From a virus: 64,000 nucleotides of DNA. The position numbers and the translations under genes are program-made. The stretch is from positions 1-64,000 of IMG/VR virus record IMGVR_UViG_3300049827_000271; one strand, written 5' to 3'. Positions 63,394 through 64,000 of the stretch are shown one piece after another (within the stretch, counting starts at the first letter, position 1; each line of letters begins with the position of its first letter). Under the pieces are notes generated by a model. The model was given only the letters and a program-made list of their open reading frames with translations, was not told the DNA's origin and did not search any database.

Positions 63394-63831
63394 ATGGCAT
63401 CATTCAATAAAGTAATTTTAGCCGGAAATCTGTGCCGCGACCCGGAGGTCCGCTACACTCCCAAGGGAACGGCGGTCTGCAAATTCTCCATCGCGGTCAA
63501 CCGCAAGTGGAAGAACGAGGCTGGAGAACAGAAGGAGGACGTGACCTTTGTGGACATCGACTCGTTTGGTAAGCAGGCGGAAACCGTGGCGCAATGGTTC
63601 AAGAAGGGGAATCCAATTCTGGTGGAGGGCCGGCTCAAGCTGGATCAGTGGGAGGACAAGAATACAAAGGAAAAGCGGAGCAAGCTTGGTGTGGTGTTGG
63701 AAGGGTTTTCGTTCTTGGGCGGAAAGTCAGATGCGGCCCCCAAGGAATCACAAGCCTCCAATCCGGAGGCAAGCGCTGGACAGGCGGCGTCTCCGCCTCC
63801 AGCCGGAGATGATTCGGACATTCCGTTTTGA
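63394..63831 (+). CDS. ssb: Single-stranded DNA-binding protein
   Basis: MASFNKVILAGNL.RDPEVRYTP.G..KGNPILVEGRL; acidic tail DDSDIPF. Confidence 0.97.
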   Translation: MASFNKVILAGNLCRDPEVRYTPKGTAVCKFSIAVNRKWKNEAGEQKEDVTFVDIDSFGKQAETVAQWFKKGNPILVEGRLKLDQWEDKNTKEKRSKLGVVLEGFSFLGGKSDAAPKESQASNPEASAGQAASPPPAGDDSDIPF

Positions 63832-63843
63832 CCCGCTTCCGGT

Positions 63844-64000
63844 ATGACTGACATTATCTCCAGCTTCCGCCAAGCACTCCATGCCTCTGGCTTGGAGTAT
63901 GACGGCCCGATCCACGCGGACGGGACCATTCACCGATTCTCCAATAACGGCGACGAAGAGCGGAATAGCTGGTATCTACTGCATCCAGACGGAATTCCAT
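63844..64000 (+). CDS. N-terminus of a DNA primase (TOPRIM primase/helicase type), partial
   Basis: IHADGTIHRF...GD...SWY..HPDG pattern; follows ssb; runs off the window. Confidence 0.65.
   Translation, partial: MTDIISSFRQALHASGLEYDGPIHADGTIHRFSNNGDEERNSWYLLHPDGIP

Larger units (their letters stand above)
1..64000. mobile_element. Tailed dsDNA bacteriophage genome segment (podovirus-like architecture; free phage or prophage)
   Basis: Terminase, portal, scaffold, capsid, nozzle, ejection-type proteins, RecT/RecE, SSB, primase and dense ATGA/GTGA-coupled small ORFs. No host housekeeping genes. Confidence 0.95.

Overview
The whole window reads as part of a GC-rich tailed dsDNA phage genome, probably of podovirus type (no tape measure or major tail gene recognised). 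I recognise no host genes, tRNA, rRNA or CRISPR. It has four blocks. (1) 1-13044 (+): about 30 small early or host-takeover genes, a cytosine methyltransferase and a tyrosine recombinase. Four copies of a 19-bp palindrome, AAATCTCAC(G/C)GTGAGATTT, and two structured intergenic elements lie among them. (2) 12965-47721 (-): the virion operon, read as portal, scaffold, major capsid, adaptor-phosphoesterase fusion, Ig/vWA protein, a GT4/GT9 + GT2 + methyltransferase cluster, FN3 proteins, nozzle, three internal/ejection proteins (one of 3629 aa) and an HU-like gene. (3) 47790-55475 (mostly +): large terminase, fibre- and LamG-like proteins with signal peptides, and candidate lysis membrane proteins. 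(4) 55799-64000 (+): a small RHH regulator, RecT/RecE, DEDDh exonuclease, DUF1599-like, VRR-NUC, MazG, SSB and the start of a primase. The strongest leads are a short gene nested in the +1 frame of the giant virion gene; Sec-signal-bearing, Thr-Asn-rich virion-type proteins alongside a glycosyltransferase cluster (possible export and glycosylation of virion parts); the early-region palindrome family; structured elements at 10690 and before ssb; and a terminase with Gln at the Walker B Glu position. A Verrucomicrobiota-like host is a guess. All family calls come from recognising motifs by eye, not from database searches.
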